From Octopus sinensis (taxonomy: Eukaryota), in NCBI RefSeq assembly GCF_006345805.1, contig NW_021832866.1, positions 28,098 to 92,097 of the forward strand: a stretch of 64,000 bases of DNA, read 5' to 3'. A program made the position numbers and the translations under genes. Numbering within the stretch: the first letter of the stretch is position 1; every line of letters begins with the position of its first letter. Below are positions 27,788 through 39,900 of the stretch, piece after piece. The notes under the pieces are model-generated. The model saw only the letters and a list, made by a program, of their open reading frames with translations. It ran no database searches and was not told where the DNA came from.

Positions 27788-29515
27788 TATATGTTTATAT
27801 GTGTTCATGCTTTTGGTTATATGAGAATGTATGTGTGTGTGTGTCTATGTCGTTTTTCTCACATCTGAATGTTTCTATGACTGGTTATGTAGACTGTGTG
27901 TTACTTTCTCTCTGTCTTTCTCATATACACACACACACACATATATATATATATGTTTTTATATATACACACACACACATGCACACACATACACATACAT
28001 ATGCCAGCATGGAAGGTGGACGTCAAACGATGAGGATGATATATATTTTTCATGTCATAAGAATTTTATACACTTTTGAGAGAACAGAAAATCATATAGG
28101 TGCAGGCTTGGCTTACTTCCCAACCACATGGTTCTGGGATCAATCCCACTGTGTGGCCACTTGGGCAAGTGTCTTCTACTATTGTTTTGTGTCAATCAAA
28201 GCCTTGTGAGTGGATTTAGTAGACGGAAATTGAAAGAAGCCCATTGTATATATATAAATGCATGTGCATCTGTATATGTATCCTACCTCTACTTGACAAC
28301 TGATAGTAGTACGTTTATGACCCCATAACGTAGTGGTTTGACAAAAGAGGCTGATATCATTAGTACCAGGCTTTAAAAAGGGAAAATTAGTACAGGGGTT
28401 AATTGATTCAACTAAATATTCTTCCGGGCAGTGCCCCAGCATGGCCAGTCTAATGACTGAAAATTGTAAAAAAGATGAAAGATAAAAAAGATTTGTGTTT
28501 TGGAACAGCGGATCTCACAGCACCCATAAAGCTATAAGTAATAGCATGTAAATATTGGGTAGAAAATTCCTTTCGGATAGAAAAAGCCACTAGCTGGCAG
28601 AATATCTAGAATATCCCCCTTAAAATTGCTGGCCTTGTGCAACATTTGAAACAATCATTTTTTTAAAAAATAAGTACCAGTTGAATACTGGGGTCGATGT
28701 AATCAACTTGCCCCCGCCGTTGAAATTGCTGGTCTTGTGCAACACTGGGCAAAGTGTGTTGTGACATTTCGCCCATCATATATGTTCTGAGTTCAAATTC
28801 TGCTGTGGTCCACTTTGCCTTTCAACCTTCCAGGGTCAATGAAACAGGTATCAATTGAGCATCAGGATCGATGTAATTGATTAGCCCTTTCCTGCAAAAT
28901 TTCAGGCCTTATGCCTATTGTAGAAAGGATCATTGCTACTATTACAAGTTGAAGCTTAGTTTCACGTTTGATTATTGAGGCATCAGAAAGACAGAGCTAC
29001 TTCAACAATATATTTAAGTAAAGGTATTGGGAAACATATTTTTACTTATATATTGACATAATTCTTAACTTTTTTCGTACATTTAACTCTGAGTAACAAT
29101 TCAAGAAATTACAAATTTTAACAAAATATACTCTGTTTCATGTATTGAGTGTTTTTTTTTATTCTTGGCAAACACAAATGTTCACCAATAGCGTGTTTGT
29201 GTGTGTGTGTGGATCAGTTAATATATTGTGCAATGGACTGATACTCAGGATAAACTGCACTATCGAAATATTTGTAGTGATGTTTTGAACTATATATTGG
29301 CTTTTGTTTACTATACACATATATATGTATAAATATACAAATAACAATAATCTTTGGATGGAAACTATAAATTTATCCTACATCATATCGGCACAGCTCG
29401 GTGCAACCCCCGAAAACTGGTTCACCGGTCAGCATCATTAGACTGCAGCCGACATAATGGAATAGGAGCTTTGTTTGCCTGTTCAAAACATTTCTCATAA
29501 AAACAAATTCAAAAG

Positions 29516-29551
<36 letters not shown>

Positions 29552-30370
29552 TTTTCAACATGTGATCTCTTGAGCACCACCAGCTCAAATATTTTCTCCT
29601 CTGTCTTCCCTCCTTGGGATCTTTCCTTCTCCTTGTTTACGACGAAGAGCTCCGCTCGAAACGTTAAACCCTCCTTCCCTTCTTTCCTGAGCGTCAATAA
29701 TACTTTAATTGTTCCACGTCCTGCATTGCTGTGTTTTTTTCTCTTTTTTTCTGTGTTTTCTTGTTTGGATTAACTTTATATATTTATATATTCTGTTTCA
29801 GAACAATGTAGGAGTTTTAGCGATGCTTGATGAAGAGTGCCTTCGACCAGGAACCGTCACAGATTTAACATTCCTTGCAAAACTTGACTCCATTTGTTCA
29901 GAACATCCTCATTACGAAAGTCGCGGCTGTAAAAAAAGCATGTCTGACAGAACGTTGCCTCATGAATCTTTTCGCCTCAAACATTACGCAGGCGCAGTAA
30001 GTAACACAATATTTATAATTGATCTTCTTCTTCTTCTCCTCCTCATTGCATAATTCCTATCTTCCTCTCCTTTCATTTCTCATCTCATTTTATATTTATC
30101 TTCCTGTTGTTGCTGTTCTTGTTTAACACCCTCAGCTCACCTCAGATTCATCAGGGGGGGAAAAAAGGTATTCCAGCTTGTCCCTTTTTGTTTAAAGTTT
30201 GTTTCCAGACACAGGAGTGGCTGTGTTGGTAAGTAGCTTGCTTACCAACCACATGGTTCTGGGTTCAGTCCCACTGCGTGGCACCCTGGGCAAGTGTCTT
30301 CTACTATAGCCTTGGGTTGACCAAAGCCTTGTGAGTGAATTTGGTAGACGGAAACTGAAAGAAGCTCATC

Positions 30371-30408
<38 letters not shown>

Positions 30409-33400
30409 ATATATTTGTGTGTCTGTGTTTGTCCCCACCCCCAACATTGCTTGACAACCGATGCTGATGTGTTTACTTCCCAGTAACTTAGCAGTTCGGC
30501 AAAAGAGACCGATAGAATAAGTACCAGGCTTACAAAGAATAAGTCCTGGGGTCAATTTGCTCAACTAAAGGCGGTGCTCCAGCATGGCCGCAGTCAAATG
30601 ACTGGAACAAGTATGAGAGTACAAGAGAACTAAAGTCTCCTGGATCCACTCATAGTCTCTTCCTTTTCTAAAACAGACCATAATTTAACTCTTTAGCATT
30701 CAGGTTATTCTGTCAAATGTAATGCTAATTTATTCACGTTGTTTTGAATTAATCATGTATCTTCATGAATTCAATGATTTCGTTGTGTATTTTTAAAATG
30801 ACATTGTTGGGTAAGTGTGAAAGGCCAGATCATAAGAATATTTGGGTCGGATATGGCTAGTTTAAATGTTAAAGGATTAAATATGCTTCACTGAATATCA
30901 ACTAAATTTTTCTGAGGAAAATTTGGTAGGAAATCTCTGTGGAAGGCCAATAGAAGGACCATTCCTGTATTTGTAGATTTAATCAGTTGACCACTGGCTG
31001 TCTTTAAAATGGAGTCCATTATATTAGAACCACTGAAACCAGGTTGCTGACCACAAACTGATCTCCTCATTCTGCTAACCGTTTTTGGAGACCTTGGCAA
31101 ATATTTCTTCCTGCTCCTTACATTATGAGTTCAAAAGAATCAACTTTGCCTGTCATATTTTTGGGGGTTTATGAAATAAGTACCACTCAGGTGAGGATCA
31201 TGTTTCTTTCCCTCAAAAAATTGCTGGTCTTGTGCCAAAAAATTAGAAATCACTATTATTATTACTATTATTATTATTATTAGGGTGGCAAGCTGGCACA
31301 ATTGTTATCATGCCAGGCAAAATGCTTAGTGGCATTTTGTTCGTCTTTACATTCTGAGTACAAATTCTGCCAAAGTCAACTTGGCCTTTCATTCTTTTGG
31401 GGTTGATAAAGTAAGTACCAGTTGTGCAGTGAAGCTGATGTGATTGACTTACCCATGTACCCAATATTTCTAGCTTTATGCCAAAATTTGGAACCATTAT
31501 TATTATTATTATTACTTTAAACATGTTTTTTATACCTGCTTCTCTGTATCTCCTTTTGCTTTCCGTTCCATCAGGTAACCTACAGGGTTGAAGGGTTTGT
31601 TGATAAAAACAACGACCTTTTGTTCCGTGATTTGTCTCAAGCCATGTACAGATGTAAACATCCTTTACTAAAAGACTTATTCCCAGAAGGTAAGCCACAT
31701 CTTTTTTTGAACATCTTTCATCCTCGCATCTATTGATTCTTCCTCGTTTTGTAATTGTTGTTGTTGCTATGCAACTTAAGTCTGTGATGTTGCAAGAAAA
31801 GTAAAGAACTGTTGTTTGCTTACAAACCTCAACAGTTTCAGTTCTGAGGTTGGTGGGTTTGCCATTTATCCTTCAGGCCAGTGGTTCCCAACCTTTTCAC
31901 TACCAATGACACCTTTTATGTAAATGAGTTTTTTCCCATGGACCCCTGGGCATAAAGAAATAAGAATCATTTGAATATCAGAAAAAGTACTTTGAAGAAT
32001 TTCTTCAGGCTCTTTATATTTTGTTTTCAAATGTCACCGAGGTCAACGTTGCCTTGCATCTTTTGTGATACATTGAATGCCAGTTATATACTGGGAATAA
32101 TTCAACGAACTACACCTTATCTCTACAAATAACCTTGTTACAATATGTAACAGTTTTAAAACTGTTTTAACTTAATTTCGTAGATATTATATTTAAATCA
32201 TCGTCATTCATTTCTATTCCATGCTGGCATGGATCAAATAGTTTGACAGGATCCAGCAAGTGAGGAGACTCTATCAAGATCTAGTGACTGTTTTGCCAAG
32301 GTTTCAACAGCTGGGTGCTCTTCCTATCACCAACCACTTCACAGAATGTTGTGGGTGATTTTGGCTGTCACCAACTCTAGTGAGGCCGCAAAGCAACTCA
32401 CAAGTAAAGAAGACCCCTTGACCGAGAAGAGTATGGTGTCAAAGGAAATGACTTATGCCAGGTGTGGAGAGATACTACTATGACAGAGGAAATGGAACAA
32501 CTGTCTTACTGTTGAGGAGATACATTACATGGTTACCCTCAGCTGGAAAAGGGAAGAAAAAGATGATAGTGATGAGATATTCACCTGGTGGTTAGCGCAG
32601 TGGACCTTGCGGTTGAAGGATCACAGGTTGGAATCTCAGACCGTGTATCTTATCCAACATTCTTTCTATGAGCTGAAAGGGCCCGTACCCTCCCTTGCAG
32701 CCGTTAATTTAATGGTGGTGCATCAGCATGGCCGCAGCTCTGAGCTGAAACTGCAGAAAAAAAAATACATATACATTCACACATACATATTCTGTTCTTT
32801 CTCATTGATAGGAAATCCCGCTCGCCCATCTTTAAAACGTCCAGCCACTGCCGGCTCGCAATTCAAAGTAAGTATGTTTAATTACATCTGTATACAAGTA
32901 TGTGGACATGAGAAAATAAGATGACTAACGAATAAATGGTTATCTTATCATCATTTATTCCTTAGTCATCTTTTTTTCTTATTACTGCTCTATACTCAAG
33001 TAATGTTTCGTTCTGAAGCATGCGTATATTGAGTTCTATGCCAAGTTATTAGTCTCACAATGCCTAAATTAAATATGTATATGTATATATATACAAAATT
33101 AGAAAATGGAGAAATATATCTAAATCAATCATCAACCATCTGATAATACCCAATCAATACTTTATTAAACCATTACACAATAGCAATGATATTATACATT
33201 AATACAGTACAAATATAACAAGACATAGAAATAGAAATACATTTACATTGTAGCTGACAGCTGTTTCGGCCATGAAGACAGATATATATATATATAATTA
33301 AATAATAATATTAGGGAGTATGGCTCCAAACTTACAGGGAAAAATTAGATTTAGGATTAAATCAAATTTCACAGTATAAATATATAAAATATGAATTAGA

Positions 33401-33904
33401 GATAAAACCACTATTATGCAACTCAGTGATAGACATAAACCAATACATAAATAACAAATAATATAAATATAATTAATATAATATATAAAATATAATAAAT
33501 AATATATAATATAAAAAAAAAATAAAGATTTTATTTTAAATTTAAAAAATTTAAATTTTATATATATATATTATATTAATTATATTTATATTATTTGTTA
33601 TTTATGTATTGGTTTATGTCTATCACTGAGTTGTCTAATAGTGGTTTTATCTCTAATTCATATGTTATATATATATAATATTAGGGAGTAAATCCAAACT
33701 TACAGGGAAAAATTAGATTTTGGATTAAATCTAATTTTACATTATAAATATAAATTAAATTAGAGATAAAACCACTATTAGGGAAATCAAACAGTGAAAA
33801 ACATAAACCAAAACATAGAAATAAAATTAATTAATAAAATATACAAAATATATAAAATTCAAAATTTAAAATTATTTAAATTTAAAAATTTAAAATTATT
33901 AATT

Positions 33905-33981
<77 letters not shown>

Positions 33982-36900
33982 TATTTTTTTATTTATTAAA
34001 TATATGTAACTATCAAAAAGTATTAAAAAGTTTAATATAAGATATATTACATATATATCCATAATTACTGGATTGGCTGTCTTGGTTATTTTAAATCTAA
34101 ATTTAAATGTCCAAAATCTTCAGGGATTTCTAAGGACCTGTTCTTAATTTGAACCAAATGAAAAATAAATCTCCACCTGGGTATGGTACCAAATATTACA
34201 GGTGACATTGGTGAGACAATATTGACTACCAACTTGATGTTATTGTTGCTTTAACCCCTCCATTCTTTTAGATATTGGTTTACCACCAAATTTGGTTAAC
34301 TCATTCTTTTTTCATGTCTCCAGGTATCTGTGGCAGAACTTATGAAGAACTTATCTTCCAAGAACCCCAATTATATCCGGTGTATCAAGGTACGTTTTTC
34401 TAGACCTAAGATCAAATGTGTTCCAGCTTTTACCATCCAATAGATTTAGGTAGTGAATTAGTAGAGTGGGTAGAACATTGGATAGACTGCTCTGCAGCAT
34501 TGGTCTGAATTTTGGTTCTCTGCTTTGTAAGTTCAAATCCCAGTGAGGTCAACTTTGTGGAATGGTAGAAATATATGAGTCTTTCAGATGTCTTAGGGTT
34601 TCCATTCTGGTTTGTTATGCTCTGAGTTAAAATTCGGACTGCATTCTAATGGTCAAAGTTAAATAACCTGATTGTGGAAACCCCTTGTCAAACAAAAGCT
34701 GGTCAGTGTGGACGAGCAGGCCCAAAGTGGGATGTTGAGAGATTATGTTCAGCAGTAAATAGGCAATGCGACAGAATATATATCAAAGACAATGCATCCA
34801 TTTTAAAATGTGATGATGTGTGATTTGAGAGAGATGAGGGCCATTGTTTTTAGACAGTCAAATAACTATATGAAGACTACATTTTGCACTTATTTCAAGG
34901 TGGGTTATTGTCAGGGAGGGCAGACTGAATGACCTCTGACCCTCAGTGTATGGGGAAATAGGGATAAGGCAAAAAAGGTTAGCAAACTGAATGTGCCTTT
35001 GTTGTGGATTAAAGGTCAGTTATTGAGTTAAGGAAACATTTTTATATACTTTAATTTAGCAATATTTAATTTATGCATTTGATTTTTAAATTTCAAGTGG
35101 GATAATTTTTCCTGTTTTTTGACATAATTTTTGAGAGTGGTCAGGTCCATTTTTAGTATTCTAGTTTGTTAGAGCAGTCGAGTTTATTTCAGATATTCTC
35201 ATTTTAAAAACCCTGACTAATCGTTGAGAGGACACTGGTGTTGCTTTGGCAGAAGTTTGCACTCTCTGAGTGCTCTTATTATTATTATTATTATTATTAT
35301 TATTGTTTTTGTTGTTGTTCCAGCCCAATGATTTCAAGAAACCTATAGCATTTGATGAAGATCTAGTCCGGCATCAGGTTCGCTACTTAGGGTAAGTAAC
35401 TTGTTGATTGGCTCACCTGTCTTGTGATGCTCTGAGTTTTCAGCACTCACAAGTCCATACATCACCAAATATACACATTCACAAGCAACATATCTATCAC
35501 TAACACTCATCTATTCACATTTATGCAAATGCATGAATCTACGACCTGGCTTAGAGGGTATTGCCAAAGACATGGCTAGAGGCCCAACCTTACAAGTTCT
35601 TTTACAGGGGTTGGAAAAACTGAAGAACCACTGCAATAAGTGAGTGAATCTGAGAGGGGAATATCCTGAATAAAATCACATAATTAACTGATCCTCCTGT
35701 ATTTTCTTTTTGCCAAAACCAGGAACTTTTCAGTATCCCCTTATAAGATTCTACCCATCCTAAATACTTATAAAGACAATCACAAACCCTTCCACTCTCA
35801 TCCTTTCAGATACCCCACTCGTATTTATTAATAGCTGGTTTAATATTTATCTATTACAGGCTAATGGAGAATGTTCAGGTGAGACGTGCTGGATATGCAT
35901 TTCGACAGAGCTATGGTCATTTCTTATATCGTTACAAGATGTTATCACCTTTGACCTGGCCACATTGGGATGGACCCGTACAACAAGGGGTCAAGGTTCT
36001 CATGGACAATATGGGATTTACAAATACTCATTATGCTTTTGGAAAGACAAAAGTCTTCATTAGGAAACCAAAAACGGTAAAATTTCATTTTCTTTTTTTA
36101 ATATTCTTTTCATATATTCTATTTTCTTAATTTAAAAAGTCTCTCCGCAGTGAATTTTTTTTATCCTGCACATGCGCAACTTGGCTATCCCTGCGTGGGC
36201 GGCCAAGTGTCAACCACTGTCCCTCAGTCATTGTGTATCCTTCAGCATGTCGACATGCTAACCATTAAAGAATGTACGTTTTTAGTTGAATGGGCGTTTC
36301 GAGCTGGAAACAAATGTACAGATATTGTGAAACAGAAGTTCCACTGAAACTGTTGTTCTACATCATGGCACTGTGCGGGGATTTGATAAGAAAATTTAGA
36401 AACACAGGCTCAGTGGAAGACGCAGCAAGAAGCGATAGGCCTACTGTTCTTTCTGACGAAACACTCTCTAATGTTTCTGACAAACTGTTGGCAAGCCCAT
36501 CAAAATCCCTACACAAATTGTCACAGGAAACGGAAATCAACCCAGGAAGTGCTCACACGGCAGTAAAAAGAAATTAAATTTTATGTATTGAAAATGAAAG
36601 ACGACACTTTCAACACCTTATAAAGTTTTTTAAAATCTGGTTAAGTCTAATACGGTACTACTTGAGAACAGTGGTCCCTGTGCACGCACTCGCGTAGTCG
36701 TGCATCCGCGCTAGCTAGTCATGACTAGTCGATCCTTACTTTGTGCTTTTATGTGTTATTTACTTTGTTTAAAAAATTATTTACTTTGTGTTTTTGTGTT
36801 TCATTTACTTTGTTTAACAAAAATTATTTACTTTGTTTTTAAAGAATTAATTTTGTGTTTTATTTACTTTGCTAGGTAGTGGTAGGATTGACTAGTCACG

Positions 36901-39900
36901 ACTAACTAGCGCGCATGCGCGACTACGCGAGTGCGCGCACCGGGACCACTGTTCTCAAGTAGTACCGTCTAATGTATTCTTTTGTAGTCTTACACCATCT
37001 TATAAATATTTGTTTTGCAATAAATTACTTACTGCGGATAGACTTTTTGAACACCCTGTAGTATCAAAGTAACTACGACAAGTTTAGCCAGTGTCCCCTT
37101 TTAAGATGGTTGAGTTTTGTTTGAGTGAGATTTCTCTGCTATTCCGGACGGGTGGAATTACCACAAGAAGTTCTCTGGTTGACGCTTAATGCTGTCATCA
37201 TGGGAGATAACCTATAATAAATTTATATTGTCGAAATAAAATTAGAGTTATCTCCCTTACAATCAAACTTTTTTTTTTTGCCCCCAATTCCACTTTCTAA
37301 GGAAATTTCTTTGAGAAAATAATTATAGTCTTTTCTTTATTATTCCACTTATCTATTTAACAATAGTAATGATGATGATGATGTGTCAATGAAAACAATT
37401 CAGCCTTTGTTTTAGATGTCTCACTGATGCGAAATTAAACTCAAATCTGAAATTGTTGTTAAGACCAAATCTAATGTGATCATCATCATCATCGTTTAAC
37501 GTCCGTTCTCCATGCTAGCATGGGTTGGACGGTTCGACCGGGGATCTGGGAAGCCAGAAGGCTGCACCAGGCTCCAGGCAATGTTTCTACAGCTGGATGC
37601 CCTTCCTAACGCCAACCACTCCGTGAGTGTAGTGGGTGCTTTTTACATGCCACCCGCACAGGTGCTAGGTGAGGCTGGCAATGGCCACGGTCGGATTGGT
37701 GCATTTTACGTGCCACCGGCACGGAAGCCAGTCGAGGCAGCGCTGGCATCGGCCACAATTCGGATAGTGCTTTTTACGTACCACCAGTCCAGGGGTCCTG
37801 GCATCTGCCGGGTGCCAGTCATAGGATTGGTTCAATTTCGATTCTGATTCCGATTTCGATTTACAATTCTGAGAGAAAAGATTAACAGTCTGTTCGTTAG
37901 CAAACATTGCATGTATTATGGCTCAGGTCTCATTGATAGTTTCCAGACCCAAATCGGTTCTTCTAATGGCTAATAGAACCATTTATGTTAAAATCTTAAA
38001 CATTTCGTGTTCTTTCTGTTTTGTAGTTATTTGAAATGGAAGAGAGACGTCGCGGTCAAATGCATTATTTAGCCATGTCAATACAGAAAGTGTGGAGAGG
38101 CTGGCAGCAGTGGTCCTTGTACCAGAAAATGAAATACAGTCAAATCATAATTTCGTGTAGATTTCGTGGGTACTGGGTAAGTATGCTTTGGGTTCATATG
38201 TCTGCTTCTCTCTCTCTCTCTTTATATATATATATATAAATTAGAAAAAAACCACCTTCTATCAATTCAAAATGAACAATTAAATTACACCATCTAGAAA
38301 ATCTTTATATATAAAACTAAAGTTGTGTGTCTATCTCCTACGATTTAGATTCCTAACTACTCCCACATTTTGCGGTGCAGTTTAACCAAAACCGGGTATC
38401 TTATAGTCGTGATTCATATCGAGCCATTCTGGGTATTAGCACGTGTCTACGATGAGTCTACGATTTAAAAAAAAATTTACCATTATTTTTTTCCATTTTA
38501 ATGCATTTTTTTCGCTATTATATAAGGGAAGTAACTCTCTAAAAATGTCTACGATGAGTCAACGATTTAAAAAAAAAATTACCATCCTTTTTTTTCCATT
38601 TTTAATGTATTTTTTTGTTATATTTTGGCTATAACTCTCTAAAAATGCTTATATAGTTATTTCCCTTACAAACCCGGGCGATACTGCTAGTTACATATAA
38701 TAGAAATATTAAATATAAAATAATAATATACCGATGATTAAGTAAATTGCAAAAAAATAATAAATAAAACGTATATATTTGGTATATATACCAAATATGT
38801 ACGTTTTATTTATTATTTTGCACATTACTTAATCATCAGTATATCATTGTTGTTTTATATTTAATATTTCTATTATATGTAATTTTCTAGATGGTGTAAT
38901 TTAATTGTTCATTTTGAATTGATTAAAGGTGGTTTTTTTCCAATTTATATATATATATATATATATTATATTTTGTGAAATTTGATTTAGTATTTCTAAA
39001 TTGAATTTTTCCCTGTAAGTTAGGAATCATATTCCCTCAAATTATTATTATTATATATATATACAGAGAGAGAGAGAGAGAGAGCGAGAGATGGAAAATT
39101 TTGTCAATCATTCTGTGTGACTCACTGTCTGTGTCTGTTTGTCTGTATTTGTCTCTACCTGTCTGTCTCACTATCTCTTGGCCAATCCATACTCTATCTG
39201 TTACACAAACACACACACAACATTACAATAGATGTCATTATTTCCCTGCAATACTTTGATAAATTCTCTTCATCTCTATTTTTCTCTTTTTCTCCAGGCA
39301 CAGAAATGCTATCAGCTGATAAGGACTGCTACCATAATCATTCAGTCGTATTTCCGAGGCTATAAGGTAACCACACCCTCTTGTTTCTAACATTCCAATT
39401 TTACTTATCGAATTATTTCTTCAAAATGTTCAACAGTGAACTTTCCTGGTGTAATTTTTAATATAAAAACACGGACTTGTTTCAGCCTTGTTAGCTTCTC
39501 TTCAGCAAGGCACATGTTCCTTTCTCTCTATCATATTTTACGCTCCTATCATCAGGCACAAAGCCACCTCCCTCAATAGTACTCCCCCTATCACCTTAGT
39601 TGAGGGGTTCTTGTCTTTTGAATTAATTGGCAACCTCATTAGTGCTAGTTCCCTGTAAAAAGTACCAGTGCACTTTGTAAAGTGGTTGGCATTAGGAAAG
39701 AGCATCCCGCTGTAGAAACCAACCCAGAACTGACACTGGAGTTTCATGCAGCCCTCTGACTCATGGTTTCCTCTTTAACCATCCAACTAATGCCAGCATT
39801 GAAAATAGACACTAAATGATGTGATGAAGAAAAATCACCAGTTAGATTTTCTTCTACAGGGCCAATGCTTTTGCTGTGAGGTGTATTTTTTAATTATTCT

